From a virus, in IMG/VR virus record IMGVR_UViG_3300020468_000003, positions 32,001 to 96,000 of that record: a DNA stretch of 64,000 nt; one strand, 5' to 3'. Positions within the stretch are counted from its first letter, which is position 1; every line of letters begins with the position of its first letter. The position numbers and the translations under genes are program-made. Under the pieces are notes generated by a model, which was given only the letters and a program-made list of their open reading frames with translations, was not told where the DNA came from and ran no database searches. This document shows, in pieces, positions 34,980 through 44,363 of the stretch.

Positions 34980-35478
34980 GTTGTTTTAAATTAAATGCTA
35001 AAATAATTCTTTTATCCATAACAGGTGGACTAAAATGATATATCTCTGGGTCCCAGATTAATAAATCTCCAACCTTAACTTTAGATGTTGTTGTGTTACA
35101 TTGATGCAACGGATCTTGAAAATAAGTAGATTGTCCCTCGGTTAAAAATAAACAACCAGAACCACTTATTTTTGTTCCTGTATGATTATGTATAGGATGA
35201 AATCCACCAGGTTCATACACTTGAACCCAAGAATTGTCAAATGCTTCTGCAGGAGCTATAGGTTCTAAAACTTTGTAAATCCACGGAACTATATGTGCTT
35301 CATTCTTTGTACCATAAGTTGTCCAAAGTCTTCCATGATCAACATATTTTCCATACTTCTTACACCATTCTTCAACCTTATCAAGAAATCCCTCTGGTAT
35401 GGGAATATTATCTTTAATAACAATTGAAGGTGGAAAAAGTTGTTGATGCTCTGGTCCTTTTTTCTTTTCTTCACTCAT
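34969..35478 (-). CDS. 2OG-Fe(II) oxygenase-like protein (HxH type)
   Basis: WVQVYEPGGFHPIHNH...GDLLIW...H...RIILAFN. Confidence 0.8.
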   Translation of the reverse strand: MSEEKKKGPEHQQLFPPSIVIKDNIPIPEGFLDKVEEWCKKYGKYVDHGRLWTTYGTKNEAHIVPWIYKVLEPIAPAEAFDNSWVQVYEPGGFHPIHNHTGTKISGSGCLFLTEGQSTYFQDPLHQCNTTTSKVKVGDLLIWDPEIYHFSPPVMDKRIILAFNLKQHDN

Positions 35479-35875
35479 AAAATGCCTCTAATCCAACTGG
35501 TTCTCCAAAACTATAATCATAAGTTAATGCATCATGACAAACATAATGCGGATGATCAGGTTTTACACCTAATCTTTTACACAATTCAAGATGATTATCC
35601 TCCATGAGTTCTACTGCATACAACATATTGTTTAGTATGTGTTCCTCATCATGATACTGCAGCAATTTAGTTTTAAGAGTAACTAAAAAGTTACCACTAC
35701 CTGCTGAATTATCTAGGAAAGTAGAATTAGGGTTCTTTTTTACATCATCTGGTATATCATTTATCATTCTAGCACAAACATCCATAGGTGTAAACACTTC
35801 GCTAGTAGCATTTATCCTATCATCTGATCTTTCAATTACAGATCCTACACTCTTATTGTGGTCGTTTCTTTTCAT
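35471..35875 (-). CDS. Stand-alone SAM-binding half of an N6-adenine DNA methyltransferase
   Basis: EVFTP (motif X), FLDNSAGSGNFL (I), LYAVEL (II), CHDAL (III); no NPPY. Confidence 0.8.
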   Translation of the reverse strand: MKRNDHNKSVGSVIERSDDRINATSEVFTPMDVCARMINDIPDDVKKNPNSTFLDNSAGSGNFLVTLKTKLLQYHDEEHILNNMLYAVELMEDNHLELCKRLGVKPDHPHYVCHDALTYDYSFGEPVGLEAFYE

Positions 35876-38800
35876 AAAATATCAGGAATAGTTCTGAATA
35901 ATTCTTTTGAATTAGTATTAACTATCCTATTCTTTAGAACCATTTGATGTACTTCATCAGATCTTAAATAATCTGCAAGTTTATTACTCTCCTCCTCAGA
36001 AGATGTTTTTATGATAACTGTAGATCCACTAATAGAATGATCGTAAGGTTTGATACGGATCTGTCCAAAACCTTGTCCACCGTATTTACTATTCATTACA
36101 ACTCCATGTTGATTAATACAACAAGTATGCTGAGACTTATCAACATTAGTAACTTGCATCTCTCCATTTTTACCACCCATTGTAGTTATCATAGGATACT
36201 CTCCCTCAATCAATTGATTTAAGTTCAAATCTCCACGTTGATAGCGATGTCCCATATTGTTAGAAACATCTGAAACAAAATCTGGATTAGTAAATCTAAT
36301 ACAAGTATCATCAGTAAGTTGAATATTCTTTACTGTACCATCAAGATAAGTTAATTTTGTTAGTCCAGTGTATCCACGTTTCCATGTACAAATACATGTC
36401 TCTGTCATTGATATAGATGGAAATGTATCAGGAGATAATGCTTCAATAGAAACAATACCTGGTGTTGAAAACAAAGTTCTTCTAAACTTTGATGTGGATT
36501 TAGCAAAGTGTTTTGATCGAATTACTTCTGATACATAATCAGATCTTTTCATTGCACTTAGATAAAAATGTGTATCTAAAGTTTTTGCACATCCACCTGT
36601 GGTTGCACCTGTTACTGTAGATGTATCTGTATATGGTGGATTACCAACTGTAGCACTAAACTGCATTTTGTAATTACTAAGGTTGTCGGTTACATTAATT
36701 TTAGCATTAATCTGCTTTATTGCATAGCGATGAGTAGGATCGTTTTCCCACACCACTATGTCATCGGGTTCCCAAGATTTATTCTCTATTGCATATAAAG
36801 AATGAAGTCCAGAGGGATCTCCATGTATATACAACTTTTCAGTTGTATCCTTTTTTAAAGGAATCATCCTATCAAGAATATCTAATGAAAGTGTCTTTTG
36901 ATTCTTTCTTGTTGTTGCAAGTTTCTGTAAGGTTCCACATTCATCTTTAGACATAGAATGTTCAATATCTATGATTCCTTGATTAATTCTATTGATCCAA
37001 GATTTAGGTATAATCTTTTGTTCTAAACAAGCTTTGATAATACCAGTAGTGTCTCCTGTGTCATGTTCATAATATTTTGAACTAAGAATACTATCTACAC
37101 TTTTAGGTGTGGATTTATTCTTTATCATATGGAAGATAACTAATCCTATTCTCTCCATGTATGCTTGAATAGTTTCTGTTTTCTGTGCTATCTCAGACTT
37201 ATCAAAATGTGTAGAAAATTTAGATGAACTGGTAAGTTTCTTATTACTGTTTGCGTTAGCATTGTTTTCATTTACTGTAAAAGAACTCCATGAAGATAAC
37301 TTTGCACTCTTCTGAAAATTATCAAATTCAATGTCTCCTAACTTAAGAAAATCTAATTGAGATACAATACCTGATATCAAAGATACTGCACTGTCTACAT
37401 CATTAGATAGAATTTCGTTTAGACGTTCTGGTGTTACTTCTTCAAAATCAGAGAAGTATTCAAAGATAGGAACTAAATCAAGAAGTTCATATTCAGATTC
37501 TGTTAACTCATGATTCAAATCACATGCAGTAAAATACATGTTTCTGATTGTAGTAAAACAACGTTCTGGGCAAAAATCAATTACATCCCAAAAGTTTCTC
37601 TTTGTTGATCCACCACGGAAAGCAAACTGTGTCCATTGTTCTCTTGATGATCCTTCTGCACAATTCATAACAGTATCAATACCCTCTGCAGTTAGACCAA
37701 GAACATTTGCAGTTTTAGTTAAGATAACTGTAGATGTGTTAGTATCAATATGTGATCTGATTGTCTCAGAATTTTCTCTAGTATCTGAAGTTACAACTAA
37801 TGGTTTAAATCTTGTTGATTTAAAATAATCTACAAGTGCATGACATGATGCCATAGAAGGCAAAGTTATCATTACATGTCTACAGTTCTTTAGTATTCTT
37901 TTGTTATACTTTATTCCATCTTGAGTAAACACTTTACTCATAAATTCATCAACTAATATTGGTTCAGCAAAATCATCCTCATCTTTGTTTACTCTAAAAA
38001 TATTACCCATTGCATCAGGATCATCGCCATATAAGTCTTGATATTTACTGGACTCATACTTTGCAAGAATCAATCTCATCTGTGGAGAATTTACATACTC
38101 CTTTATACCTTGCAATTTATACAATTGCTCCTCAAAATATGAATATACAAATCTAAATTTAGGAAAATCTTCTAAGATTTTATGTGCAGTTCCTGAGACA
38201 TACAATACTTTTGTATCGAAGTGATCTCTAAGACTTATCCATTGATCTCCCTCATATCCAAGATGTGCTTCATCGAATACTATTAGATCAATATTACAAG
38301 GTAGATTCTTATATCTGTTAGGAGCTTGAATAGTAGAATATAGAACTATTTGTTTTTCAGTTCCCATCCAATACTCTATCTCATTCTTAAACTGATCTAC
38401 TTCACCATCACGAATATCAATGAATATAATATTATCAAAGTTTTTAAACTGTTGGGAATCATCTCTCCATGATTGTTTAGGAGAATTTCTATATGAAACA
38501 ACTAAGGATACCTTAACATTACTCTCTACAATAGAGGAAAGAACCATTGTAGATTTACCTGCACGACACTTAGCAAATAACAAATACTCTTTCCATTCAT
38601 CCCATGTTGAAGTTATCTCAGATACAAATTCTTTTTGGTGTTTGCGAAGTTTACGATATTCTTTTTCCTCTACATTATTTGTAAAAAACTCTTCTTCAAT
38701 AAGATCCTTTACAACATCAATACTTAAACCATGACCATCTTCAATTTTATAAGTCTCTCTACCAGTTTGTGTAATACCACGTTGTTTTTTTAACCAACTA

Positions 38801-38991
38801 TGTATCTCATGATCTCTACCATCAAAATCTGTCCACCATCCTCTCTTTATTCTTGCACTACCAACTGCTGCTAAATCTTGTTTTGACTTACCATAGTCTC
38901 CACCTTTATGTCTATCTTCATATGTGTGTATGGTTTCTCCTAAACCGAAGGCAGACGGATTACCTTTAAACCCGTCAAGGTAAATGTTCAT
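35872..38991 (-). CDS. SF2 (DEAH) helicase fused to an Eco57I-like adenine MTase catalytic/specificity region, with a possible N-terminal GIY-YIG/T5orf172-like domain
   Basis: LRKHQ (Q motif), AKCRAGKS (Walker A), VFDEAH, VSGT, QFAFRGG; C-terminal VGNPPY; N-terminal IY...LGET...R...DHEIHSWL...GRETY. Confidence 0.8.
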   Translation of the reverse strand: MNIYLDGFKGNPSAFGLGETIHTYEDRHKGGDYGKSKQDLAAVGSARIKRGWWTDFDGRDHEIHSWLKKQRGITQTGRETYKIEDGHGLSIDVVKDLIEEEFFTNNVEEKEYRKLRKHQKEFVSEITSTWDEWKEYLLFAKCRAGKSTMVLSSIVESNVKVSLVVSYRNSPKQSWRDDSQQFKNFDNIIFIDIRDGEVDQFKNEIEYWMGTEKQIVLYSTIQAPNRYKNLPCNIDLIVFDEAHLGYEGDQWISLRDHFDTKVLYVSGTAHKILEDFPKFRFVYSYFEEQLYKLQGIKEYVNSPQMRLILAKYESSKYQDLYGDDPDAMGNIFRVNKDEDDFAEPILVDEFMSKVFTQDGIKYNKRILKNCRHVMITLPSMASCHALVDYFKSTRFKPLVVTSDTRENSETIRSHIDTNTSTVILTKTANVLGLTAEGIDTVMNCAEGSSREQWTQFAFRGGSTKRNFWDVIDFCPERCFTTIRNMYFTACDLNHELTESEYELLDLVPIFEYFSDFEEVTPERLNEILSNDVDSAVSLISGIVSQLDFLKLGDIEFDNFQKSAKLSSWSSFTVNENNANANSNKKLTSSSKFSTHFDKSEIAQKTETIQAYMERIGLVIFHMIKNKSTPKSVDSILSSKYYEHDTGDTTGIIKACLEQKIIPKSWINRINQGIIDIEHSMSKDECGTLQKLATTRKNQKTLSLDILDRMIPLKKDTTEKLYIHGDPSGLHSLYAIENKSWEPDDIVVWENDPTHRYAIKQINAKINVTDNLSNYKMQFSATVGNPPYTDTSTVTGATTGGCAKTLDTHFYLSAMKRSDYVSEVIRSKHFAKSTSKFRRTLFSTPGIVSIEALSPDTFPSISMTETCICTWKRGYTGLTKLTYLDGTVKNIQLTDDTCIRFTNPDFVSDVSNNMGHRYQRGDLNLNQLIEGEYPMITTMGGKNGEMQVTNVDKSQHTCCINQHGVVMNSKYGGQGFGQIRIKPYDHSISGSTVIIKTSSEEESNKLADYLRSDEVHQMVLKNRIVNTNSKELFRTIPDIL

Positions 38992-39013
38992 TTTCTCCGA
39001 ATAAATTGGGTGC

Positions 39014-39094
39014 GAGAAACAAAAACTCGGACTTACAGGACGTAATTTCTCTGCTGAACAAAGACAACCATAGATCCTTGCCTGTTTTGTTTCC
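39014..39094 (-). ncRNA. Putative structured 5' leader of the helicase-MTase gene
   Basis: GGGAAACAAAA/TTTTGTTTCTC closing helix with two internal hairpins. Confidence 0.4.
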
Positions 39095-39102
39095 CTGTAT
39101 TA

Positions 39103-39157
39103 ATTATAGCATGAAAAAACCCCCTGTAAAGGGGGTTGTGACAGTTTCTAAACTGTT
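39103..39157 (-). promoter_or_regulatory. Early-promoter element copy 13 (hairpin doubles as terminator)
   Basis: TATAAT 39103-39108; AACCCCC/GGGGGTT hairpin with T-run; box TGTGACAGTTTCTAAACTGT. Confidence 0.78.
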
Positions 39158-39417
39158 TTTCTTTTTCTCATCCTAGTGGTCATTTCAGTGTATTCTACAG
39201 GTGCCCACTCAACTTCCTTGGGTTTTGTTTTTCTTAGATTAGCAGTCTCTTTTTTAACAAAGGTAGAAGATTCTTCTTTAGTATTCTTTGCAAGAGATTG
39301 TCCAGAATTTAATTCCTTTGCAACTTCTGGTTCATCAAATTGTTTCAAATAACTTTTTCTGCTAAAAAGTTTTTTGGATTCTACAGCATCTTCAGAAGTT
39401 ATTGGTTCATCAGTCAT
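39148..39417 (-). CDS. Hypothetical protein
   Basis: Start trimmed to MTDEPITSED. Confidence 0.55.
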   Translation of the reverse strand: MTDEPITSEDAVESKKLFSRKSYLKQFDEPEVAKELNSGQSLAKNTKEESSTFVKKETANLRKTKPKEVEWAPVEYTEMTTRMRKRKTV

Positions 39418-39676
39418 CGTATACTCGACATTCAAATGCGTCTGGATGATTATCACAATAGATTTCTAAATGCTTATCTTCATGTCTAGTGTGCCAATCA
39501 TTTATTTTACCCTCATTAGGGTCTACTACATCATCTTTATGTGAATCTTCATAATTAGCATGAACTTCTTCAAGTTCAGACTTTTTATACTCTAATATAC
39601 CATGATTAGTATGTTCTTTACCATCTTTAGGATCAAGATAAACTTCATGATTTAAATCGTGTTTAATAGTAGTCAT
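39410..39676 (-). CDS. cp12: CP12 Calvin-cycle inhibitor (phage type)
   Basis: C-terminal LEIYCDNHPDAFECRVYDD is the CP12 signature; late promoter upstream. Confidence 0.88.
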   Translation of the reverse strand: MTTIKHDLNHEVYLDPKDGKEHTNHGILEYKKSELEEVHANYEDSHKDDVVDPNEGKINDWHTRHEDKHLEIYCDNHPDAFECRVYDD

Positions 39677-39703
39677 AGTTAATTGATTAAACTCCTACAT
39701 TAC

Positions 39704-39711
39704 TATTTATA
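39704..39711 (-). promoter_or_regulatory. T4-type late promoter TATAAATA
   Basis: Exact match upstream of cp12; others at 41364-41371 and 49529-49536. Confidence 0.7.
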
Positions 39712-39719
39712 ATTTAGCA

Positions 39720-39938
39720 CTATCTTTCCATCTCTGCAAGTTCTAATGTTTCTTTACCAACAAACATACCTTTTAAATCATAATACAACTTATGGTTCTC
39801 TGTGTTAACATAGTGTCCTGTTATATTGGCACCATCACATGAGTACCCATATCCTATAACTTTTTCTGGGACACCATTAATACGAAATTTTTTTTCTGAA
39901 TGCAGGTAAGTTCCATAGACTTGATCTAAATTAAACAT
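39720..39938 (-). CDS. Hypothetical protein
   Basis: 72-aa ORF. Confidence 0.65.
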   Translation of the reverse strand: MFNLDQVYGTYLHSEKKFRINGVPEKVIGYGYSCDGANITGHYVNTENHKLYYDLKGMFVGKETLELAEMER

Positions 39939-40013
39939 TGGTATCTTTTGAATGTTAGGATATTATAACATAGTATCTATGACATTCAATATTTCTTTAC
40001 ATTTACTACAGAT

Positions 40014-40247
40014 TTATATGTTGTCTTTGTTAAAAAATGTTCCAAACATACCACTGTCTCCATCCTCTCTATTTTCTATCTTATCAATAACTTCACTGGC
40101 ATCTATGATATTTTCAATATTCGCCATCATATCTGCAATATGTTTGCTAACAAATGGTTTCTCTTGTCTTGCTGAAAATGCAAGTGCATTTCTTAAATTC
40201 TCTTGTGCGTCTCTCAACGATGTTTTAACTGTGTCTGATAATGCCAA
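40014..40247 (-). CDS. Conserved cyanophage hypothetical protein
   Basis: MALSDTVKTSLRDAQENLRNALAFSARQEKP; GGAGG SD. Confidence 0.75.
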   Translation of the reverse strand: MALSDTVKTSLRDAQENLRNALAFSARQEKPFVSKHIADMMANIENIIDASEVIDKIENREDGDSGMFGTFFNKDNI

Positions 40248-40259
40248 TGTTAATACCTC

Positions 40260-40418
40260 CTAGGGTGTGTATTCGTAACCATACTTTTGAAGATATTCTT
40301 CAAATAATTCGTCTGGGACTCTACCTTCCCAATAATCTTTTTCTGTATAAGTTTTTTTTAACTTATGTTCAGTTTTAGGTTCATTGCTGATCCATTCTGA
40401 CTGCTTGCTCAAAAACAT
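40260..40418 (-). CDS. Small hypothetical protein
   Basis: ...YTEKDYWEGRVPDELFEEYLQKYGYEYTP*; start uncertain. Confidence 0.5.
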   Translation of the reverse strand: MFLSKQSEWISNEPKTEHKLKKTYTEKDYWEGRVPDELFEEYLQKYGYEYTP

Positions 40419-40533
40419 TCTGTAATTCTTTTGATGTTAAATTATTTAACCAACTCCAATCTGGGTCTTTTTTGTCCCATTCTGCAGTAAAAGAACCATC
40501 ATCATTTCTGTTAATTTTTAGAGAGTTGTTCAT
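40381..40533 (-). CDS. Small hypothetical protein (50 aa)
   Basis: MNNSLKINRNDDGSFTAEWDKKDPDWSWLNNLTSKELQNVFEQAVRMDQQ*; ATGA overlap with ho1. Confidence 0.65.
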   Translation of the reverse strand: MNNSLKINRNDDGSFTAEWDKKDPDWSWLNNLTSKELQNVFEQAVRMDQQ

Positions 40534-41213
40534 CTTGGCATACGATCAAATATTGATGCCAAAATAATTTGGAAAAATGATTTTGCTGCGTTGCCTTTTA
40601 ACTCATCAAACATATACATGTTCAATCTGAATGCGTAATTTGCTTCTGTAATTATAGCATTCTTTTCTGATACTGTCAGTGGTAATTCATCTAATGCACT
40701 ACGATATTTTTCTTTATATGCTTTAGCATCATCAATATTTTCAAACTCATAAAAGTCTAAACCAGCTTTCTCTAAGTTCATTGCTTTCTTTGCAATGTTT
40801 TTTAATATTTGTCCTCCTGACAAATCTCCCAAGTATCGTGTATAATGATGACCAACTAATAATTCTGGTTCATCTTCAGCAACTTCACGAATACGATTAA
40901 CATATTGTTTACATGCTTGACTTGGTTCTATTTTAGTTCTCCAATCAAGACCATAGTAATATAGTAAATCTTTTTCTAATGCTATCAATCTTTCTAATTC
41001 TGGAAAATATAAACTACCAACTATAGGGTGTGTTCTTAACCCATATACTTCCTCCTCTAATGCCTTATAAACGAAGTAGAGATCCGATACTAAGCATTTG
41101 TAATTGTCTGGACTTACAACTCCACGTAAAAATGATTTGACAAAAGCAGTGTTCTCTGCTGCTGTATGTGATTTCTTTGTTCCTACTTTTAATTCCTTTG
41201 CAAAATTAGTCAT
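40530..41213 (-). CDS. ho1: Heme oxygenase
   Basis: GTKKSHTAAENT.F, HHYTRYLGDLSGGQIL, EANYAFRLNM. Confidence 0.95.
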   Translation of the reverse strand: MTNFAKELKVGTKKSHTAAENTAFVKSFLRGVVSPDNYKCLVSDLYFVYKALEEEVYGLRTHPIVGSLYFPELERLIALEKDLLYYYGLDWRTKIEPSQACKQYVNRIREVAEDEPELLVGHHYTRYLGDLSGGQILKNIAKKAMNLEKAGLDFYEFENIDDAKAYKEKYRSALDELPLTVSEKNAIITEANYAFRLNMYMFDELKGNAAKSFFQIILASIFDRMPR

Positions 41214-41334
41214 TTGATTCTTTTTTAAGTTCTTTTCGGATCATTTTTGCGTACAAAACATCTTCTTTTGAATACAATTTACGATTCCTTTTTGCGATCT
41301 TAATGATCCTTTTAGCTGCTTTTTTATTCTCCAT
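41206..41334 (-). CDS. Small basic protein (42 aa)
   Basis: MENKKAAKRIIKIAKRNRKLYSKEDVLYAKMIRKELKKESND*. Confidence 0.6.
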   Translation of the reverse strand: MENKKAAKRIIKIAKRNRKLYSKEDVLYAKMIRKELKKESND

Positions 41335-41358
41335 ATTGGTATATAATGTGTGTGTTAA

Positions 41359-41694
41359 TTAAGTATTTATACCATTTTGCCTTATTGATCCCGAAACTGA
41401 GAAACTTTCAGATGCCCTTTTTACCCTAAATTTAGGATTTAACTTAATTAATTCTTCATGTTCCACTATCTTACCTTTAACCCATATCATATCATCTTGT
41501 ATCTTATCTACCTTCTGATTTATGGACTGAATTAACTCCTCTACCATATACATTTCTTCTGTCATCGGATCTTTAATCCTTACTTCAAACCTTTCTTCTG
41601 GTGTCAATCTGTTTCTATATGGATACAACAAATCAGCAATCTCATCTGCTATCGACCATACGAATTCTCTAATTTTAAATAGGAGTTTATTCAT
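41359..41694 (-). CDS. Hypothetical protein
   Basis: ORF track; start trimmed to MNKLLFK. Confidence 0.6.
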   Translation of the reverse strand: MNKLLFKIREFVWSIADEIADLLYPYRNRLTPEERFEVRIKDPMTEEMYMVEELIQSINQKVDKIQDDMIWVKGKIVEHEELIKLNPKFRVKRASESFSVSGSIRQNGINT

Positions 41695-41884
41695 AATCTC
41701 CTGCAAATCCTACTGAGAAACTACTCTTACTACTCTTCTGAGAATCAACCTCATTACAAATAGTATTAACAACTCTTATGATATCTTCAGTATCTCCTTC
41801 CATATTCTGTTTGACATAGTCATACTTTAAAAAGAAATCATCAGCAACACTTTTAAACTCTTCTTGAGTTATGTTGTTCTTCAT
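41687..41884 (-). CDS. Hypothetical protein
   Basis: MKNNITQEEF...; ATGA overlap with the dehydratase stop. Confidence 0.6.
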   Translation of the reverse strand: MKNNITQEEFKSVADDFFLKYDYVKQNMEGDTEDIIRVVNTICNEVDSQKSSKSSFSVGFAGDYE

Positions 41885-42903
41885 AGTTTGATCCACCGTT
41901 TGTTGTTAAGTGTCCAGTTAGTAACCTCTGCTATGCGTTCACGAACAGACTTAGCAGGTGTCCAACCGAGTTCTCTCATCTTACCACCATCTAATGCATA
42001 TCGCAAGTCATGTCCTGGTCTGGAAGAATGGAAATCAACTAACTCATACTTTAATTCTTTACCTTGAGCATCAGCAATAATCTGTGCCAATTCAAGATTA
42101 TTGAGTTCTTCTGATCCCACAATATTAAACTTAGGGCATTTTGCATTTCCCCATGTAGGTTCAAATGCTCCCTTATATTGTAATAAGAAGTAAACTGCTG
42201 ATGAAACATCTTCAGCATGTATATAATGTCTTGAGCCAGGAATTGTTCTGGTATGATCGCTATGAATTGTAACTACCTCCCCATCTCTTGCTTTCTTTAT
42301 ACACATGGGTATAAACTTCTCTGGGTGCTGTCTCTCTCCAAACACATTCATAGTATGTGTAATGTATATTGGAAGTTTATATGTATTCTCATATGCTACT
42401 GCTAACTCTTCTGCACCTGCCTTAGTCGCACTGTATGGATTAGTAGAGTTATATCTATCATTCTCCTTATACTTGATACCATCAGGTGCAGGACCAAACA
42501 CTTCATCTGTGCTAAAATAAACAAATCTTTCAAGATTGTCTTGCTTTCTTGCAAACTCTAAGATATTAGCAGTTCCCACAACATTATCCATGATAAACTC
42601 CATAGGATAATCTATACTACGATCTACATGAGATCCTGCTGCTAAATGTAGAATATAATCTACCTGTCCTACTTCGCTACAAACTAAAGGATTAAGTTCT
42701 GCCTTTAGATCATGATGTACGATCTTTACACGTTTTCTAACTTCTGGATCAAAAGATAACATAATGTCATGCAGACGATTAAGATTACCACTATAATCTA
42801 ATCTATCAAGGGTAATGATCTCCCAATCAGTATGTTTTAGTAAATAACTGATTGTGTGGTGTGCAATAAAACCTGCTCCACCTGTAATAAGTGCTTTTGT
42901 CAT
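41881..42903 (-). CDS. rmlB: NAD-dependent epimerase/dehydratase (dTDP-glucose 4,6-dehydratase-like)
   Basis: ITGGAGFI, HLAAGSHVDRSI, STDEVFG, YSATKA, RPGHDLRYA. Confidence 0.88.
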   Translation of the reverse strand: MTKALITGGAGFIAHHTISYLLKHTDWEIITLDRLDYSGNLNRLHDIMLSFDPEVRKRVKIVHHDLKAELNPLVCSEVGQVDYILHLAAGSHVDRSIDYPMEFIMDNVVGTANILEFARKQDNLERFVYFSTDEVFGPAPDGIKYKENDRYNSTNPYSATKAGAEELAVAYENTYKLPIYITHTMNVFGERQHPEKFIPMCIKKARDGEVVTIHSDHTRTIPGSRHYIHAEDVSSAVYFLLQYKGAFEPTWGNAKCPKFNIVGSEELNNLELAQIIADAQGKELKYELVDFHSSRPGHDLRYALDGGKMRELGWTPAKSVRERIAEVTNWTLNNKRWIKL

Positions 42904-42905
42904 AA

Positions 42906-43562
42906 TTAAATAAAACCTTTGGCCAATGCTTTTTCGTGTATAAAGAATACTATAGTTAGTCTATCAGTTTTTGGACTATTTCCAAAACATCCAGTTAGAG
43001 CATGGATGTTATATCCATCGTAAGCTATCAATCTATTATACACGTTTTCTACGTTTGTGAACAGAGTGTTACGACTATCCAGAATTGATGTTCCTGTATT
43101 AGGTGGGGGATCTGGATTTAAAAATATTACCCCTGCACATGATAAAGAATCTCTATGAAATCTATCTGTATGAAAATCATTTAACATATCAACTGTATTA
43201 GCAGGACTCCTATGAAAATAAGTTGTGATCATGGGATCTACCATAGGTTTATTTGCTACAAGTATCTCCTCCCCATAGAATTCAGAAAGATCTTTTCCCA
43301 TGTACTCATCCTCATAATGTGGATATTTCCAATCTTTAAGATTTCTCTCTTCCCATACAAAATTAAATATATCTTTCTCTATCTGTAATAATTCTTCGTT
43401 ACTTCCATAACCTATTTTCTTAAACTTCTCAGATCTTATTCCTCTCCATCCTGGTCCTGAATCAGGTCTATCAGAAATTCTCCATGACCTATTTCTAAAA
43501 CCAAGTTCTCTTACGTGTTCAACGTCTGAAAAATAATTATCTTTTATTGTGATGTCAAGCAT
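42906..43562 (-). CDS. 2OG-Fe(II) oxygenase-like (DUF6445-type) protein
   Basis: FHRD...AGVIFLNPDPPPNTGT...ENVYNRLIAYDG...H...RLT. Confidence 0.7.
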   Translation of the reverse strand: MLDITIKDNYFSDVEHVRELGFRNRSWRISDRPDSGPGWRGIRSEKFKKIGYGSNEELLQIEKDIFNFVWEERNLKDWKYPHYEDEYMGKDLSEFYGEEILVANKPMVDPMITTYFHRSPANTVDMLNDFHTDRFHRDSLSCAGVIFLNPDPPPNTGTSILDSRNTLFTNVENVYNRLIAYDGYNIHALTGCFGNSPKTDRLTIVFFIHEKALAKGFI

Positions 43563-44070
43563 TTAATCTATCAAATTCAAAAGGTCCATAATCAGATCCC
43601 CAAACTTTCTCATTTGTAGTTTTGGAGTATCCAATATCAATTGTAGTGTATGTAGTGGTTGTGATTTGAACTCTACTCTGAACGTAAGAATCCCTTACTA
43701 TGCAATCACATCCATACAAACCACCAGAATATGTATTATAATCTATTTGGGAGAATAATAAATCACAACCATTGTTATGATGTAAATCATTTGTAGTAAT
43801 CGTATCCAGATTTTTAAATCCAGTAAATCTGTTTTTTTCTTTGATATCATAGTTTTTTACTTTCATTAGTTCCCCATCCATCACAGGTTCAATGATAAAT
43901 TGTCGGTATGGTCTATCCTCATCATATGTATATGCTTGTTCTCCATATATCAAATTGTTACCAATATCTTTATGTATCAATCTGATATGAGCATAGAATG
44001 TAGGATTTTGATATGCCTGTCTTCTATTATCAAATGTACCTATCAGTAACTCTTTGAGTCTTTCGATCAT
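43555..44070 (-). CDS. cpeT: CpcT/CpeT-family phycobiliprotein lyase
   Basis: G.FDN..QA..NP..YAHIR, YGEQAY, PYRQ, GCD, VWGS..GPFEF. Confidence 0.9.
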   Translation of the reverse strand: MIERLKELLIGTFDNRRQAYQNPTFYAHIRLIHKDIGNNLIYGEQAYTYDEDRPYRQFIIEPVMDGELMKVKNYDIKEKNRFTGFKNLDTITTNDLHHNNGCDLLFSQIDYNTYSGGLYGCDCIVRDSYVQSRVQITTTTYTTIDIGYSKTTNEKVWGSDYGPFEFDRLNA

Positions 44071-44225
44071 ACTGAGTACTTTTCTCTCATTGCTAATAAT
44101 GTTTCATAGGGAATCCATGCAGGATTCTCTTCTGCGAATTGAACTTCAACCTCAGTAAATATTTTTTGATAGTATCTACTGTAAGTTTCTCTAGTGTTTA
44201 AAACATTACAGAAAGGACTCATCAT
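44067..44225 (-). CDS. Small hypothetical protein
   Basis: MMSPFCNVLNTRETYSRYYQKIFTEVEVQFAEENPAWIPYETLLAMREKYSV*. Confidence 0.65.
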   Translation of the reverse strand: MMSPFCNVLNTRETYSRYYQKIFTEVEVQFAEENPAWIPYETLLAMREKYSV

Positions 44226-44248
44226 TTTGCACCATGCATACTGTTGAC

Positions 44249-44277
44249 ATTATAAAACCCTTAACTAAAAAAGTCAA
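44249..44277 (-). promoter_or_regulatory. Sigma70-like promoter TTGACT-N17-TATAAT
   Basis: Read directly; embedded in an AAACCCTT/AAGGGTTT inverted repeat. Confidence 0.7.
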
Positions 44278-44363
44278 GGGTTTATACTTTAATTGCAATT
44301 TTTATTTAAGGTGGATGCTGATATTTTATCATTTGACTGCTTTAGATAAATGTTTACGTTGAG

